Shown here: in pieces, positions 1 through 11,715 of the stretch
Numbering within the stretch: the first letter of the stretch is position 1
Layout: the number at the start of each line of letters is the position of its first letter
NCBI GenBank assembly: GCA_051971635.1
Contig: JBFPLN010000001.1
Coordinates: forward strand, 32,001 to 96,000
Direction of reading: 5' to 3'
From: Candidatus Atelocyanobacterium thalassae
GTDB lineage: Bacteria > Cyanobacteriota > Cyanobacteriia > Cyanobacteriales > Microcystaceae
DNA: 64,000 nucleotides
Translations under genes and position numbers: made by a program
Notes under the pieces: model-generated
What the model saw: only the letters and a program-made list of their open reading frames with translations
What the model was told of the DNA's origin: nothing
The model's database searches: none

Positions 1-53
1 TGATACATTTTACTTAATTCTATCTTCACCCTATTTGAGAAGAGGTTGACAGC

Positions 54-1910
54 GTGAACAACAATAACAAAAAATGGCGCAACGCCGGACTATATGGACT
101 CTTGTTAATTGTTATATTGGCATTAGTATCTGCTTTTCTAGATAATAGCAGTACTCAGAGTCGCGAGAATCTTACCTATAGCGATTTCATTAATCAAGTA
201 GAAAACAACCAAATTGAACAAGTAATATTAAGTGCAGATAGGACACAAGCTAAAGTTTCAAGCTCTAGCGGCGGTGCCCCTTTATTAGTCAATTTGCCAA
301 ACGATCCAGAACTTATTAATATCCTTTCTGAAAATAAAGTCGATATTATAATCCAACCTCAAAATAGCGAAGGAATCTGGTTTCGTATTCTTAGCAGTCT
401 TTTCTTACCTATATTGCTTCTGGTAGGACTTTTTTTTCTGTTACGAAGAACACAAAACGGGCCTGGTTCTCAAGCGATGAATTTTGGTAAATCGAAAGCA
501 CGAGTTCAGATGGAACCTCAGACTCAAGTTACTTTTGGTGATGTTGCTGGTATAGAACAAGCTAAACTAGAATTAACTGAAGTAGTTGATTTCCTAAAGA
601 ATGCTGATCGTTTTACTGCTATTGGTGCAAAGATTCCTAAGGGAGTTCTTTTAGTGGGGCCCCCTGGAACTGGTAAAACCCTTCTAGCAAGAGCAGTAGC
701 TGGAGAAGCTGGAGTACCTTTCTTTTCTATTTCTGGTTCAGAGTTTGTAGAAATGTTTGTCGGAGTTGGGGCTTCTCGTGTTCGTGATTTATTTGAGCAA
801 GCTAAAAGTAATGCGCCTTGTATTGTTTTTATCGATGAGATAGATGCAGTAGGTCGTCAAAGAGGAGCTGGCTTAGGTGGTGGTAACGATGAAAGAGAAC
901 AGACTTTAAATCAACTCTTGACTGAAATGGACGGTTTTGAAGGTAATACAGGAATTATTATAATTGCTGCTACTAACCGTCCTGATGTTTTAGATGCAGC
1001 TTTACTACGTCCTGGTCGTTTTGATCGTCAAGTTGTTGTTGATCGACCAGATTATGCCGGTCGAAGAGAAATTCTCCAGGTACATGCTCGAGGAAAAACT
1101 CTTTCTAAAAATGTTGATTTAGATAAAATTGCTCGTCGTACTCCTGGATTTACAGGGGCTGATCTTTCTAATTTATTAAATGAAGCCGCCATTCTAGCAG
1201 CTCGTCGCAGCCTTGCTGAAATTTCAATGGATGAAGTTAATGATGCTATTGATAGAATTTTGGCAGGACCTGAGAAAAAAAATCGGGTTATGAGTGAGAA
1301 AAGAAAAACATTAGTAGCATTTCATGAAGCGGGCCATGCATTAGTAGGCGCATTAATGCCTGATTACGATCCTGTACAAAAAATTAGTATTATTCCACGT
1401 GGTCAAGCAGGTGGTTTAACTTGGTTTACTCCTAGTGAAGAAAGAATGGAATCAGGATTGTATTCTCGTGCCTACTTACAAAATCAGATGGCAGTTGCTC
1501 TAGGCGGAAGAGTGGCAGAAGAAATTATCTTTGGAGCAGAGGAGGTAACGACTGGCGCTTCTAATGACCTACAGCAAGTAGCAAGAGTAGCACGTCAAAT
1601 GATTACCCGTTTTGGAATGAGTGAACGTTTAGGACCAGTGGCTTTAGGAAGACAGAATGGTGGTGGGGTCTTCTTAGGTAAAGAGATTGCCTCTGATAGA
1701 GACTTCTCTAATGAAACTGCATCCGCCATAGATGACGAAGTTCTTCAATTGGTAGATACAGCATATAAGCGTGCAAAAAATGTACTAGAAGATAATCGTC
1801 ATATCTTGGATAATCTGGCAGAAATGTTAATAGAAAAAGAAACAATTGATTCAGACGAATTACAAACAATTCTCAATAATAATCAATTAACCATGGCTAA
1901 ATTAGCTTAA
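54..1910 (+). CDS. ftsH: ATP-dependent zinc metalloprotease FtsH (FtsH3-like)
   Basis: Two N-terminal TM segments, Walker A GPPGTGKT, Walker [12 protein letters not shown] motif, HEAGH zinc motif; [10 protein letters not shown]-terminus typical of cyanobacterial FtsH3. Confidence 0.97.
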   Translation: MNNNNKKWRNAGLYGLLLIVILALVSAFLDNSSTQSRENLTYSDFINQVENNQIEQVILSADRTQAKVSSSSGGAPLLVNLPNDPELINILSENKVDIIIQPQNSEGIWFRILSSLFLPILLLVGLFFLLRRTQNGPGSQAMNFGKSKARVQMEPQTQVTFGDVAGIEQAKLELTEVVDFLKNADRFTAIGAKIPKGVLLVGPPGTGKTLLARAVAGEAGVPFFSISGSEFVEMFVGVGASRVRDLFEQAKSNAPCIVFIDEIDAVGRQRGAGLGGGNDEREQTLNQLLTEMDGFEGNTGIIIIAATNRPDVLDAALLRPGRFDRQVVVDRPDYAGRREILQVHARGKTLSKNVDLDKIARRTPGFTGADLSNLLNEAAILAARRSLAEISMDEVNDAIDRILAGPEKKNRVMSEKRKTLVAFHEAGHALVGALMPDYDPVQKISIIPRGQAGGLTWFTPSEERMESGLYSRAYLQNQMAVALGGRVAEEIIFGAEEVTTGASNDLQQVARVARQMITRFGMSERLGPVALGRQNGGGVFLGKEIASDRDFSNETASAIDDEVLQLVDTAYKRAKNVLEDNRHILDNLAEMLIEKETIDSDELQTILNNNQLTMAKLA

Positions 1911-1923
1911 TATAAGTTAATAC

Positions 1924-1962
1924 AAATAAGGTTGTTAATGAATTACATTAACAACCTTATTT
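1924..1962 (+). terminator. Intrinsic terminator hairpin after ftsH
   Basis: Perfect 17-bp inverted repeat AAATAAGGTTGTTAATG / CATTAACAACCTTATTT with a 5-nt loop, followed by a T-rich tract. Confidence 0.85.
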
Positions 1963-2273
1963 ATTTTATAATTCCTAAAGAATATTTTTCGAAAATGAAT
2001 TAATTATATATTTCCTTCTTAGATTATATTGGTTTCTATTTATCAATAGAGCAAAGTTTTCTTTTAATAAAATATTAATCTTAATTTAAGATAGGATTTC
2101 ATTTATTAATGAAAATATTGACAATAATTTATAAACAAACTTAATAATTAAACTTGTTATGGGAATTAGTAGTTTCATAACTTAAAAATTTCTTTTTAGC
2201 TTATTAACTAATTCCTCGGAAAATTAAAAAATGTAACTTTTGTAGATTTCATATAGATGACTACTGATTTTCA

Positions 2274-2564
2274 TCAAAAACCTACTGCACTATATGCAGA
2301 TAAACTGTCCAAAATACTTGAGACAAATTGTAGTGCAAGAATAGCTAGAATTGCAGAAATATCAATACCACCTAGTGGAGGTATAAATGAACGAAAAATA
2401 TTAAGATATGGATCAATAATAGGGCTTAAAAAAGACATGGCATTGTATGCCCACTCTGCAGTTTGAAACCAAGACAGTAAAATACGAATAAAAATTAATA
2501 CAAGGTATATATTAAGAAATGTGTTTAGGGTTTGAAAAACTAGCTGAGTGATAGCAGTATTCAT
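2274..2564 (-). CDS. YggT/YlmG (Ycf19) family membrane protein
   Basis: RILLSWF...DPYLNIFRSFIPPLGGIDIS signature. Confidence 0.92.
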   Translation of the reverse strand: MNTAITQLVFQTLNTFLNIYLVLIFIRILLSWFQTAEWAYNAMSFLSPIIDPYLNIFRSFIPPLGGIDISAILAILALQFVSSILDSLSAYSAVGF

Positions 2565-2703
2565 TTTTAATTATTCTCCTCATTTTATGAATATATATTC
2601 TCTAACGATTCTATATCAAATTTAGATAACATGACATGACAAATTTCTCAAATAATTTATAGCTGTTTTAATAATATTACTTTTTAATTAAAAAGAGAAA
2701 TCG

Positions 2704-4449
2704 CTAATCAATAATTTCTATTAGTTGATTTTGTTGCCATAAAGTTTGATAAACTCCAGGTATGGTTACCAACATATCATGAGTCCCAGTTTGCACAATT
2801 TCTCCATGATTCATAACAAAAATTCTATTTGCATGAGCAGCTGCAGATAACTGATGAGAAATGAAGATAACACTTTTCTTCTTTGCATTTGAAAGGTTTT
2901 CAAGAATGCAAGTAGCAGTTTTGTTATCTACACTAGAAAGAGCATCATCTAATATTAATATTGGAGAATCCATAAGTAATGCTCTACTAAGAGCTGTACG
3001 TTGGCGTTGACCTCCTGATAATGTAATTCCTCTTTCTCCAACTAAGGTCTGATATTGTTGAGGAAAATTTAAAATTTCTTGATGAATTTGAGATGTTTTT
3101 GCTGTGTTTATTATTTCAAAAATATTTTTTGTTGGATCTCCATAGCGAATATTATTTAAGATTGTAGTGTTAAATAAAAAACTATCTTGTGGAACATACG
3201 TAATGATTTTTCTTAATGATTTTAAATAAATTTCAGTAAAATCATGATTATCTATGAAAAGTTGTCCAGCTTGAATATCCAACAAGCGAAGCAGCGAATT
3301 GGCTAAAGTTGTTTTACCAGAGCCAACAGGACCTACTATCGCTATAGTCTCTCCAGGATTAATAGTAAAGTTAATATTTTTAATTGTTGGATTTTTTTTT
3401 CCTGGATAAGTATAAGATAAATTTTCTGCTATTATTGTCCCCCTAACAGAGTCAATAGATAGAAATCTATTATTAACTATATTATTAACCTTAGGCTTTA
3501 TTTTAAAAATATTTTCTACCCTATCAATACTAACTTCCCCTCTCTGATAAGCCGTAATAGTAAACCCTAATAAGGCGGTTGGAAATACTAGACGTTCAAC
3601 TAAAATTATTAAAGCAATAAAATCTCCTATGCTAATATTATTTCGATTAATTTCATATGTTCCAAAACTCAATAACAACAGCAAGCTAGCATAAGATAAA
3701 CTTTCAATTAGAGGAAATAAAAAGTTTTCAATCTGGGCTAATTTTAATTTAGCTTTTAATAACTGATGGTTTTTATAGTTAAACTCTCGTTTTTCACTAT
3801 TTTCTTGGGCATAAATTTTTATTAAAGATATATTACTCATATCTTCTTGAATTAATTGACTAAGTATAGATAATTGGTTCTGTACTACTAACTGTTGTTT
3901 TTGTAACTTTTTGCTAAAAATCTTTACTATAACTAACATTAAAGGATAAACAATAACTGCAGAGATGCTGAGTAAAACATTTATACTGAACATGACAGGA
4001 AAAGTTAAAGTATAAACAAAAACAGTATTGATTAAACTGAGTAAAGCAAAGCCTACCAAACGTCGAATATTATCAACATCACTAGTTGCTCGACTAATAA
4101 AATCCCCAGATGTATGTGTTGAGAAATATGCTGGTTCTAAGGTTAATAAATGTTGAAAAATCTTTTGCTTTAAACTAAATTCAACATCACGCCCTACCCC
4201 AAAAATTAACAACCGGGATAACATTCTAATAATCCATGCAATTGAAGCTAATACGAAAATAAGGATAGCAGTCTTGAATACCTGATAAATATTAAAAGTA
4301 TCCCTTAAGCTGTCGATATTATCTCTTATTAATAAAGGTATATAAACACCTAAACTATTAACTACTAGTAATGAGAGCGTACCGATTAATATACTAATTT
4401 TATAAGGAACAAGATAAATAATTAATTGTCGTAATTTTAGAATTTTCAT
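2704..4449 (-). CDS. ABC exporter, fused permease and ATPase (MdlA/MsbA-like)
   Basis: N-terminal TM domain; GPVGSGKT, LSGGQRQR, ILDDALS motifs. Confidence 0.93.
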   Translation of the reverse strand: MKILKLRQLIIYLVPYKISILIGTLSLLVVNSLGVYIPLLIRDNIDSLRDTFNIYQVFKTAILIFVLASIAWIIRMLSRLLIFGVGRDVEFSLKQKIFQHLLTLEPAYFSTHTSGDFISRATSDVDNIRRLVGFALLSLINTVFVYTLTFPVMFSINVLLSISAVIVYPLMLVIVKIFSKKLQKQQLVVQNQLSILSQLIQEDMSNISLIKIYAQENSEKREFNYKNHQLLKAKLKLAQIENFLFPLIESLSYASLLLLLSFGTYEINRNNISIGDFIALIILVERLVFPTALLGFTITAYQRGEVSIDRVENIFKIKPKVNNIVNNRFLSIDSVRGTIIAENLSYTYPGKKNPTIKNINFTINPGETIAIVGPVGSGKTTLANSLLRLLDIQAGQLFIDNHDFTEIYLKSLRKIITYVPQDSFLFNTTILNNIRYGDPTKNIFEIINTAKTSQIHQEILNFPQQYQTLVGERGITLSGGQRQRTALSRALLMDSPILILDDALSSVDNKTATCILENLSNAKKKSVIFISHQLSAAAHANRIFVMNHGEIVQTGTHDMLVTIPGVYQTLWQQNQLIEIID

Positions 4450-4967
4450 AAATTAATAATAAGGTTCCTTATTTTGTAGATATAGTATGCTGAGAATATT
4501 AATAAAATATAATGACATGAAAAACACTTCTCTATATTTTATTAGTGAACACAATGAATGATTAAAGTGTTAAGAATACCAATTAGTAATATTTATTTTG
4601 GTAACAAAATATTTTATTTTCGGCTATGAATCCTAAAAAAAATATTAAATAACATCATTATCAATGATTAAACTTTTAACTATTTTAGAAATTATGAATA
4701 AATATTTTTTATTTTATGAAATGTAAATTTTTTTTAAACTGATTACTTTGAGACGCAATAATAATATTTTAAATATATGTTTTAGATATAAAGACAAGAT
4801 AAGCCTTCTATATAAATAATTAAGCTTAAGTAATTTAATATAAATAGTGTACTGTTTCATTATTTAAAAGACTAATTAAGCTAAAGGAGTTAACATAAAG
4901 AGAGTCATCCTAAAATTTGACTGAGCGAGACGAACTAGATTATTATCGAATTTAAATATTTGTTTCA

Positions 4968-6734
4968 ATGGTTAAGACCCCAGTTTCATCCACCCGTGAA
5001 GTTTCCAGATTAGAAACGATTAAGGAAACTAGTAATTTTTTGAGAGAACCGCTAGCAACCCAATTATTAGAAAATAGTACTCATTTTACAGAAGAAGCAG
5101 TCCAAATTCTTAAATTTCATGGTTCTTATCAGCAAGACAATAGAGATAACAGAGTAAAAGGGCAAGAAAAAGACTATCAATTTATGTTACGTACTCGTAA
5201 CCCAGGTGGTTTTATTTCTCCTCAGCTTTATGCAGCCTTAGATGAACTTAGTAATAATTATGGCAATCACACTTTAAGAATAACAACACGTCAAGGGCTT
5301 CAGATTCATGGGATTGTAAAAAAAGATCTAAAATTAGCAATCTCAACAATTGTCAAAAATATGGGCTCAACTTTAGGTGCCTGTGGGGATCTTAATCGTA
5401 ATGTCATGTCTCCTCCAGCACCTTTTAAGAATAATCCAGAATACGAATATGCTAGGGAATACGCAGATAAAATAGCTGACTTATTAACTCCTCAAACATC
5501 AGCTTATTATGAAATTTGGTTAGATGGTGAAAAAGCTATTAGTGCAGAAGAATCTCTTGAGGTAATAAAAGCTCGCCAAAAGAATATTAAAGGCAAGCTC
5601 TTTGAAAGTGGAGATGAACCTATTTACGGTAAACATTACATGCCACGCAAGTTTAAATGTAGTGTTACTGTACCTGGAGATAATTCTATTGATTTATATA
5701 CACATGACGTAAGCTTGGTAGTTATCACAGACTCTAGCAAAAATTTGTTAGGGTTTAATATTCTCGCAGGTGGAGGAATGGGGCGTACTCATAACAAAGA
5801 AGAAACTTTTCCTCGGCTAGCCGATCCTCTTGGTTATGTAGACAAAGAAGATGTTTATGAATTTATGAAATCAATTATAGCTGTACAGCGAGACTATGGA
5901 GATCGTAATCAACGTCGTCATGCTCGTATGAAATATCTTATTGAAGACTGGGGGTTAGATATTTTTCGTAAAAAAGTAGAAGAATATTTAGGGAAAAAAA
6001 TAGAGCCATTTAAGCCCCTTCCGGATTGGCGATATCAAGATTATCTTGGTTGGTACAAACAAGGAGATGGTAAGCTATTTTTAGGCATTTCTATAGAAAA
6101 TGGTCGAATTAAAGATGAAGATGATTTTCGTTTAAAAACTGCTCTTAAAGAAATTAATAGTAAATATTTTTTACCTATACGCCTAACTGCTAATCATAAC
6201 CTCATCCTTTATGATATTGAACCAACTTCTAAAATAGAAATTGAAGCAATTCTCAAATATCATAGTATTATTAGTGATCCTCAACAATTAGATTCTTTAA
6301 CTCGTTATTCTATGGCTTGCCCCGCTTTGCCAACTTGTAGCCTAGCTATAACAGAGTCAGAGCGGATACTTCCTACTATAATTAGTCGTATTAAAAAAGT
6401 TTTGCAATTATTAGGCTTATCCTCGGAGAAAATTGTTATTAGAATGACAGGATGCCCAAATGGTTGCGCAAGACCTTATATGGCAGAATTAGGTTTTGTA
6501 GGTAGTGCACCAGGAAAATATCAAATTTGGCTAGGAGGTAGCTCAGATCAAACTCAATTAGCCAAGCCTTATATTGATAAATTACCTGACGAAGAAATAG
6601 AAAGTTTTATTGAGCCATTATTATTTTATTTTAAGCAGGATAGACAGCCTGATGAAAGTTTCGGGGAATTTTGTCATAGAGTTGGCTTTGAAGCTCTTAA
6701 TGATTTTTCCGCAAGTTATATACCTATAAAGTAA
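4968..6734 (+). CDS. sir: Ferredoxin-sulfite reductase
   Basis: [12 protein letters not shown], siroheme/4Fe-4S cysteines CPALPTC and RMTGCPNGC. Confidence 0.95.
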   Translation: MVKTPVSSTREVSRLETIKETSNFLREPLATQLLENSTHFTEEAVQILKFHGSYQQDNRDNRVKGQEKDYQFMLRTRNPGGFISPQLYAALDELSNNYGNHTLRITTRQGLQIHGIVKKDLKLAISTIVKNMGSTLGACGDLNRNVMSPPAPFKNNPEYEYAREYADKIADLLTPQTSAYYEIWLDGEKAISAEESLEVIKARQKNIKGKLFESGDEPIYGKHYMPRKFKCSVTVPGDNSIDLYTHDVSLVVITDSSKNLLGFNILAGGGMGRTHNKEETFPRLADPLGYVDKEDVYEFMKSIIAVQRDYGDRNQRRHARMKYLIEDWGLDIFRKKVEEYLGKKIEPFKPLPDWRYQDYLGWYKQGDGKLFLGISIENGRIKDEDDFRLKTALKEINSKYFLPIRLTANHNLILYDIEPTSKIEIEAILKYHSIISDPQQLDSLTRYSMACPALPTCSLAITESERILPTIISRIKKVLQLLGLSSEKIVIRMTGCPNGCARPYMAELGFVGSAPGKYQIWLGGSSDQTQLAKPYIDKLPDEEIESFIEPLLFYFKQDRQPDESFGEFCHRVGFEALNDFSASYIPIK

Positions 6735-6815
6735 TATTTTAAAAAACTTATAGAATAATAGTTCACCTGTCAGCTTGTAAAGAGTAAAAGCTATTTATTA
6801 AAATCTACTATTGAA

Positions 6816-6860
6816 GGAAATTAGATAAATGAAAAACTTTTTTTCATTTATCTAATTTCC
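6816..6860. terminator. Long perfect hairpin downstream of sir
   Basis: 21-bp perfect inverted repeat GGAAATTAGATAAATGAAAAA / TTTTTCATTTATCTAATTTCC with a 3-nt loop. Confidence 0.7.
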
Positions 6861-7246
6861 ATAAATAAAAAAATATTAAGTCGAAAACTAAAAATAAAAT
6901 GACCTCATCATATAACTAGTTTGAAATAACTACTATTTTTCTACAATTCTCAAAATCGAAGTTATGTCTAACCAAACTTTAATCCAATTTTTTAAGTTAT
7001 GTAAGTATTACTATCATTATACTCTAGGTTAAGTTTAATAAAAAAATTTCTAAGAATATTTAATAACGATTTAAATAAAAAATTTATGTAGTTAATTTAT
7101 AGTAGAGTTAATAATACTATAGATCGAAAGATTTAATGAATTCCATGAGAACTTACTATAACAACAAGATTATAGGTAAGATTAAATTTTGTTAATATTA
7201 TCATGGTAGACAAAGGCAAGATGGGCTTTGAATGAATCTATAACTA

Positions 7247-8635
7247 TTGAATGAACCTATAACTATGGTGCAATTAAATACCCGTAAAGAGTTGCGTCAG
7301 CTAATCTGTAATAAATTAGCTTTATTATTAGAGCAAGGAAACCTACAAGAAGCAAAAAAGATTCTTGTATCTGTACAACCTGTCGATATAGCTGAAGCTA
7401 TTGGAGGTTTATCTCAATCAATACAGGTAATTGCTTTTCGTTTATTGTCAAAAGAAGAAGCTATTGCTGTTTATGAACACCTAGAATCAACAGTTCAGCA
7501 GTCTCTACTTGAACAATTCAAACAACAAGAAGTCAGAGATATTGTTGATAGAATGTCTCCTGATGATCGAGCTCGTTTGTTTGATGAATTGCCTGCAAAA
7601 ATTGTTCGACGCCTACTAGAACAGTTAAGTCCTGAAGAAAGGCAAGCAACAGCTTTATTGTTAGGATATGAGGAACATACTGCTGGACGTATTATGACTC
7701 CAGAGTATATTTCGCTCAAACAAAGTTTTACTGTCTCTCAAACACTTGAACATATAAGGACTCTAGCCACCTCTTCTGAAATAGTTTATTACCTTTATGT
7801 AACTGACGCCTTTCGCCATCTTGTAGGTATTGTTTCCTTGAGAGATTTAGTTTTATCCCATCCAGATACTATCCTTGGGAAAATAATGGTAAAAGATATT
7901 GTTTGTGTCAATACTAATGATGACCAAGAAGAAGTCGCACAAACAATACAAAGATATGATTTATTTGCAGTTCCTGTTGTAGATAAGGAACAAAGACTTG
8001 TCGGAGTAGTTACTGTAGACGATGTTATTGATATTATTCAACAAGAAGCTACTGAAGATATCTATGCTTTAGGGGGAGTTCAATCAGATGGTGAAAATTA
8101 TTTTCAAACAGATTTATTAACAGTTACACGAAAAAGAGTTGCATGGTTGCTAATCCTGTTACTTACTAATACTGTCACTGGAATGATAATTAAATCTCAA
8201 GTAGCTTTAATAGAACAAATGGCAATTTTAACTGCGTTTATTCCATTATTGACAGGTACTGGGGGAAATGTTGGAGCTCAGTCATCAACAGTAGTAATAA
8301 GAGGACTAAGTACAAACGATATTAAAGATCTTGGTTCTAAACAAGTAATTTTAAGAGAGTTAACAGCTGGAACTTTATTAGGAATTATCTTAGGAGTTTT
8401 AGCTACGATTTGGGCTTATGGAATTCAAGGAAGTTGGTTAGTATCTATATCTGTAGGTATCAGCTTAGTTATAATTGCAATTTTAGCTTCAATAGCAGGT
8501 TCATCTTTACCCTTTGTTTTCAGAACTTTTGGATTAGATCCTGCTTTGATGTCTGCTCCTTTTATTACAACTATAGTTGATGTAGTAGGAGTATTAATTT
8601 ATTTTTCTACTGCCAAACTTGTTCTAGGATTGTAA
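7247..8635 (+). CDS. mgtE: Magnesium transporter MgtE (start could be the ATG at 7265)
   Basis: N-terminal domain, CBS pair (AGRIMTPEY, PVVD), TM motifs GTGGNVGAQS and DPALMSAPFITT. Confidence 0.95.
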   Translation: MNEPITMVQLNTRKELRQLICNKLALLLEQGNLQEAKKILVSVQPVDIAEAIGGLSQSIQVIAFRLLSKEEAIAVYEHLESTVQQSLLEQFKQQEVRDIVDRMSPDDRARLFDELPAKIVRRLLEQLSPEERQATALLLGYEEHTAGRIMTPEYISLKQSFTVSQTLEHIRTLATSSEIVYYLYVTDAFRHLVGIVSLRDLVLSHPDTILGKIMVKDIVCVNTNDDQEEVAQTIQRYDLFAVPVVDKEQRLVGVVTVDDVIDIIQQEATEDIYALGGVQSDGENYFQTDLLTVTRKRVAWLLILLLTNTVTGMIIKSQVALIEQMAILTAFIPLLTGTGGNVGAQSSTVVIRGLSTNDIKDLGSKQVILRELTAGTLLGIILGVLATIWAYGIQGSWLVSISVGISLVIIAILASIAGSSLPFVFRTFGLDPALMSAPFITTIVDVVGVLIYFSTAKLVLGL

Positions 8636-8665
8636 TTATCTTGATACATTAAATTTTCAAAAATA

Positions 8666-9757
8666 TTACTTTAATGTTTGACATTGAGCTTGCCAACGTA
8701 ATAAATGATCACATAAAACTAAAGCTACCATTGCATCGACCATAGGTACTGCTCTGGGTAAAACACAAGGATCATGTCTTCCTTTACTAGCTAAAACTGT
8801 TTCTATATTATTGGATGCGACAGTTTTTTGTTCTTTTCCAATAGTTGAAGTCGGTTTGAATGCAGTTCTAATAATAATGTTTTCTCCGTTACTAATTCCT
8901 CCTTGAATACCACCTGATTTGTTGGTTTTAGTTCGTATATTTCCACTTCCATCTATATAGAATTCATCATTATGCTGACTTCCTGTCATGAACGTTCCTT
9001 GAAATCCTGAACCTATTTCAAATCCTTTGCTAGCTGGTAAAGACATTACAGCTTTAGCTAAATCGGCTTCTAATTTATCAAAGACAGGCTCCCCTAGGCC
9101 TTTAGGAGAATTACGAACAATACATTCAATAACGCCTCCTATTGAGTCATTGTCTTTTTTTATATTTTCTATTAAAGAAATCATTTGACTAGCAACTGCT
9201 TTATCAGGACAACGAATAAAGTTATTTTCAACTTCTTCAAAAGTAATTTTATCAGGATCAACTGTTGCTTTTAAATTTTTAACTTGTTTTACATAACTAA
9301 TTATTTCAACATTATTAACCTGCTTAAGAATCTTTTTTGCGATCGCGCCTGCGGCGACTCTACCAATAGTTTCTCTTGCCGATGATCTGCCGCCACCTTG
9401 CCAATTTCTAATTTTATATTTTGTTTCATATGTCCAGTCTGCATGAGATGGCCTAAATTTATTTTTCATCTCATTATAGTCATGAGGACAAAAGTCTTTA
9501 TTACGAACTAAAATAGTAATAGGAGTTCCTAGTGTTAAACCATTAAAAATACCAGAAACAATTTCACAATTATCCATCTCTTGACGAGAAGTCGTGATTT
9601 TACTTTGACCTGGACGGCGACGATTTAAATCTTTTTGAATATCTATCTCAGATATTTCTAAGCATGGGGGACAGCCATCAACAATTACACCTACCATACC
9701 TCCATGCGATTCTCCAAATGTAGTAACACGGAAAAGCTTACCAAAAGTATTACCCAT
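8666..9757 (-). CDS. aroC: Chorismate synthase
   Basis: [31 protein letters not shown] signatures. Confidence 0.97.
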   Translation of the reverse strand: MGNTFGKLFRVTTFGESHGGMVGVIVDGCPPCLEISEIDIQKDLNRRRPGQSKITTSRQEMDNCEIVSGIFNGLTLGTPITILVRNKDFCPHDYNEMKNKFRPSHADWTYETKYKIRNWQGGGRSSARETIGRVAAGAIAKKILKQVNNVEIISYVKQVKNLKATVDPDKITFEEVENNFIRCPDKAVASQMISLIENIKKDNDSIGGVIECIVRNSPKGLGEPVFDKLEADLAKAVMSLPASKGFEIGSGFQGTFMTGSQHNDEFYIDGSGNIRTKTNKSGGIQGGISNGENIIIRTAFKPTSTIGKEQKTVASNNIETVLASKGRHDPCVLPRAVPMVDAMVALVLCDHLLRWQAQCQTLK

Positions 9758-9939
9758 ATAATATTTTATAAATTGAAATTTATTATATTGTAGTGATTTA
9801 AAATGGAAAATCTCATGTATTTTAGATAAATCAATATCTTTAAAAACTATTAATTTTTGATAAATTGATTAAACTTGAGAAAAGAATAAAGCTACAATTA
9901 TTATGGCTGTAACTTAAGCAGCATTGGAGGAAATGCGGG

Positions 9940-10152
9940 ATGACTATTATGAATCTAACAGAAAAAGATATTTCCGCTTTAACAGAGCAGGATATAATGG
10001 AACTTGTAGTTCGTTTAGATCAAGATGATTACAACAACCCTTTCGAATCTCTTGAAGATTGGCATATATTAAGAACAATACTTTTTCAACGTCAAGATCT
10101 AGCTGAGCCTTATTTACACTTACTTGATATCGAAGCATATGATGAGGCATAA
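9940..10152 (+). CDS. Small cyanobacterial protein, DUF2555 (IsiD-like)
   Basis: RLDQDDYNNPFESLEDWHILR...EPYLHLLD pattern recalled for DUF2555; GGAGG RBS upstream. Confidence 0.75.
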   Translation: MTIMNLTEKDISALTEQDIMELVVRLDQDDYNNPFESLEDWHILRTILFQRQDLAEPYLHLLDIEAYDEA

Positions 10153-10354
10153 ATTATATGATCGTTTCAATTATTTCTTCTTAAATTAAGCCATAGCAAA
10201 ACCTTTATAATTCTTTCTAAGAAGACAATCTTTACCCTATGCTAGGTATACTTTATTCGTAACTAAATTTGTTTTTAGATAAGTTTAAATAGAATAGCGA
10301 TCTAAAAATATTATTTAGGTTTTTTGGTAGATCGCATACTTAATAATTATTAAT

Positions 10355-10627
10355 TTAATTTTTTGTGTCTATCAGAGAGAAAAATCCAGGAGCTTTTCCA
10401 GTCCCAGTATTACTATCTTTCTGAGAGATAATTACTGCTCCAATATGATCACTCATAACTGCAACTTTCTTTTCAGTTTGTTTTTCACAAGTTAGTTCTA
10501 TTAGTTGAGGGGAGGATTTCATTGCAGCGATAATTTGCTGATATAAAACTTCTGCATCCGCAACTTCTTTCCTTTGTACAGAAATTGGAATAGGTGTGTA
10601 CTTTAAGGCTAGATCAATACTAATCAT
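10355..10627 (-). CDS. Conserved cyanobacterial UPF0367-like protein
   Basis: IDLALKYTPIPISVQRKE...IELTCEK pattern; AAAGGAG RBS just upstream of the ATG at 10627. Confidence 0.75.
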   Translation of the reverse strand: MISIDLALKYTPIPISVQRKEVADAEVLYQQIIAAMKSSPQLIELTCEKQTEKKVAVMSDHIGAVIISQKDSNTGTGKAPGFFSLIDTKN

Positions 10628-10960
10628 AAATACTCCTTTCAATACTATGAAGAAATTATTAGTCAAGATTTTTGACTATATTAAATATACAAAATATTTA
10701 GATAATTATTATTATCGTTGATTTAATACATTTAATATATTAGGCTATATGTTTTACCTAAGAGTTACATATAAGATTTTTATGTCAGTATGAACAGATG
10801 AAAAAATAATTTTTCTAATATCTAATCATATACATATAATAATTATAGGTTAATAACTACTTGTTTTGTTTAATGTTGATTTGACTACTTCAAATATTTA
10901 AAAAACGTTATATGATCCACCTAACTATTAAAGTATAATATTAAAACTATCTAACATACT

Positions 10961-11617
10961 GTGCTACATAAACGCCATAATCGTCTAAAAGAAGTTTTAA
11001 AAAAACGTCAACCTCATTTAACTGTTTTAATGGAAGACGTTCACAAGCCACATAACTTATCAGCAATTATTCGCACTTGTGATGCAGTAGGTATATTAGA
11101 TATTCATATTGTTAACCAAGATGGAAATCTTCCTACATTTAGTAAGATTGCTCAAGGTAGTGATAAATGGGTATCTATAACATCATATAGAGATATTAAT
11201 GACGCTATAAATGCTCTGAGACATAAAAAATTTAAAATTTATGCAGCTCATTTTAGTAACACTGCCACTGAGTATAGAAATATAGACTATACAGAGCCTA
11301 CAGCTATTTTACTAGGGACAGAAAAATGGGGAGTAAGTGAAAAAGCAGCTCAATTAGTTGATGGACACATAACCATCCCTATGCTGGGTATGGTTCAATC
11401 GCTGAATGTTTCTGTTGCTGCTGCAGTAATTTTATTTGAAGTACAGCGCCAAAGATTAGAAGCAAAAATGTACACAAAGATGCAATTATCATCCGTAACA
11501 TATAATGAGACTTTATTCGAATGGAGTTATCCAAATATTTCAGAAATGTATAAAAAAAATGGAAAAAAATATCCATCCTTGGGAGAAAATGGACAAATTC
11601 TTGAAGATAATTTATGA
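10961..11617 (+). CDS. trmH: tRNA (guanosine(18)-2'-O)-methyltransferase
   Basis: SPOUT motifs HKPHNLSAIIRTCDA, LGTEKWG, IPMLGMVQSLNVSVA. Confidence 0.92.
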   Translation: MLHKRHNRLKEVLKKRQPHLTVLMEDVHKPHNLSAIIRTCDAVGILDIHIVNQDGNLPTFSKIAQGSDKWVSITSYRDINDAINALRHKKFKIYAAHFSNTATEYRNIDYTEPTAILLGTEKWGVSEKAAQLVDGHITIPMLGMVQSLNVSVAAAVILFEVQRQRLEAKMYTKMQLSSVTYNETLFEWSYPNISEMYKKNGKKYPSLGENGQILEDNL

Positions 11618-11715
11618 ATCTGAAAATTACCAACTATACAAAAGCTACACGTGAAATTTAAAAATATCTAATTGCAAATAACAATCTTAATTCAAATATT
11701 TTCAATTACATAATT

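Noticed and set aside
6735..6815. Possible lost C-terminal extension of Sir
   Set aside because: Only a faint resemblance after the stop codon, and Sir proteins of this length are known.
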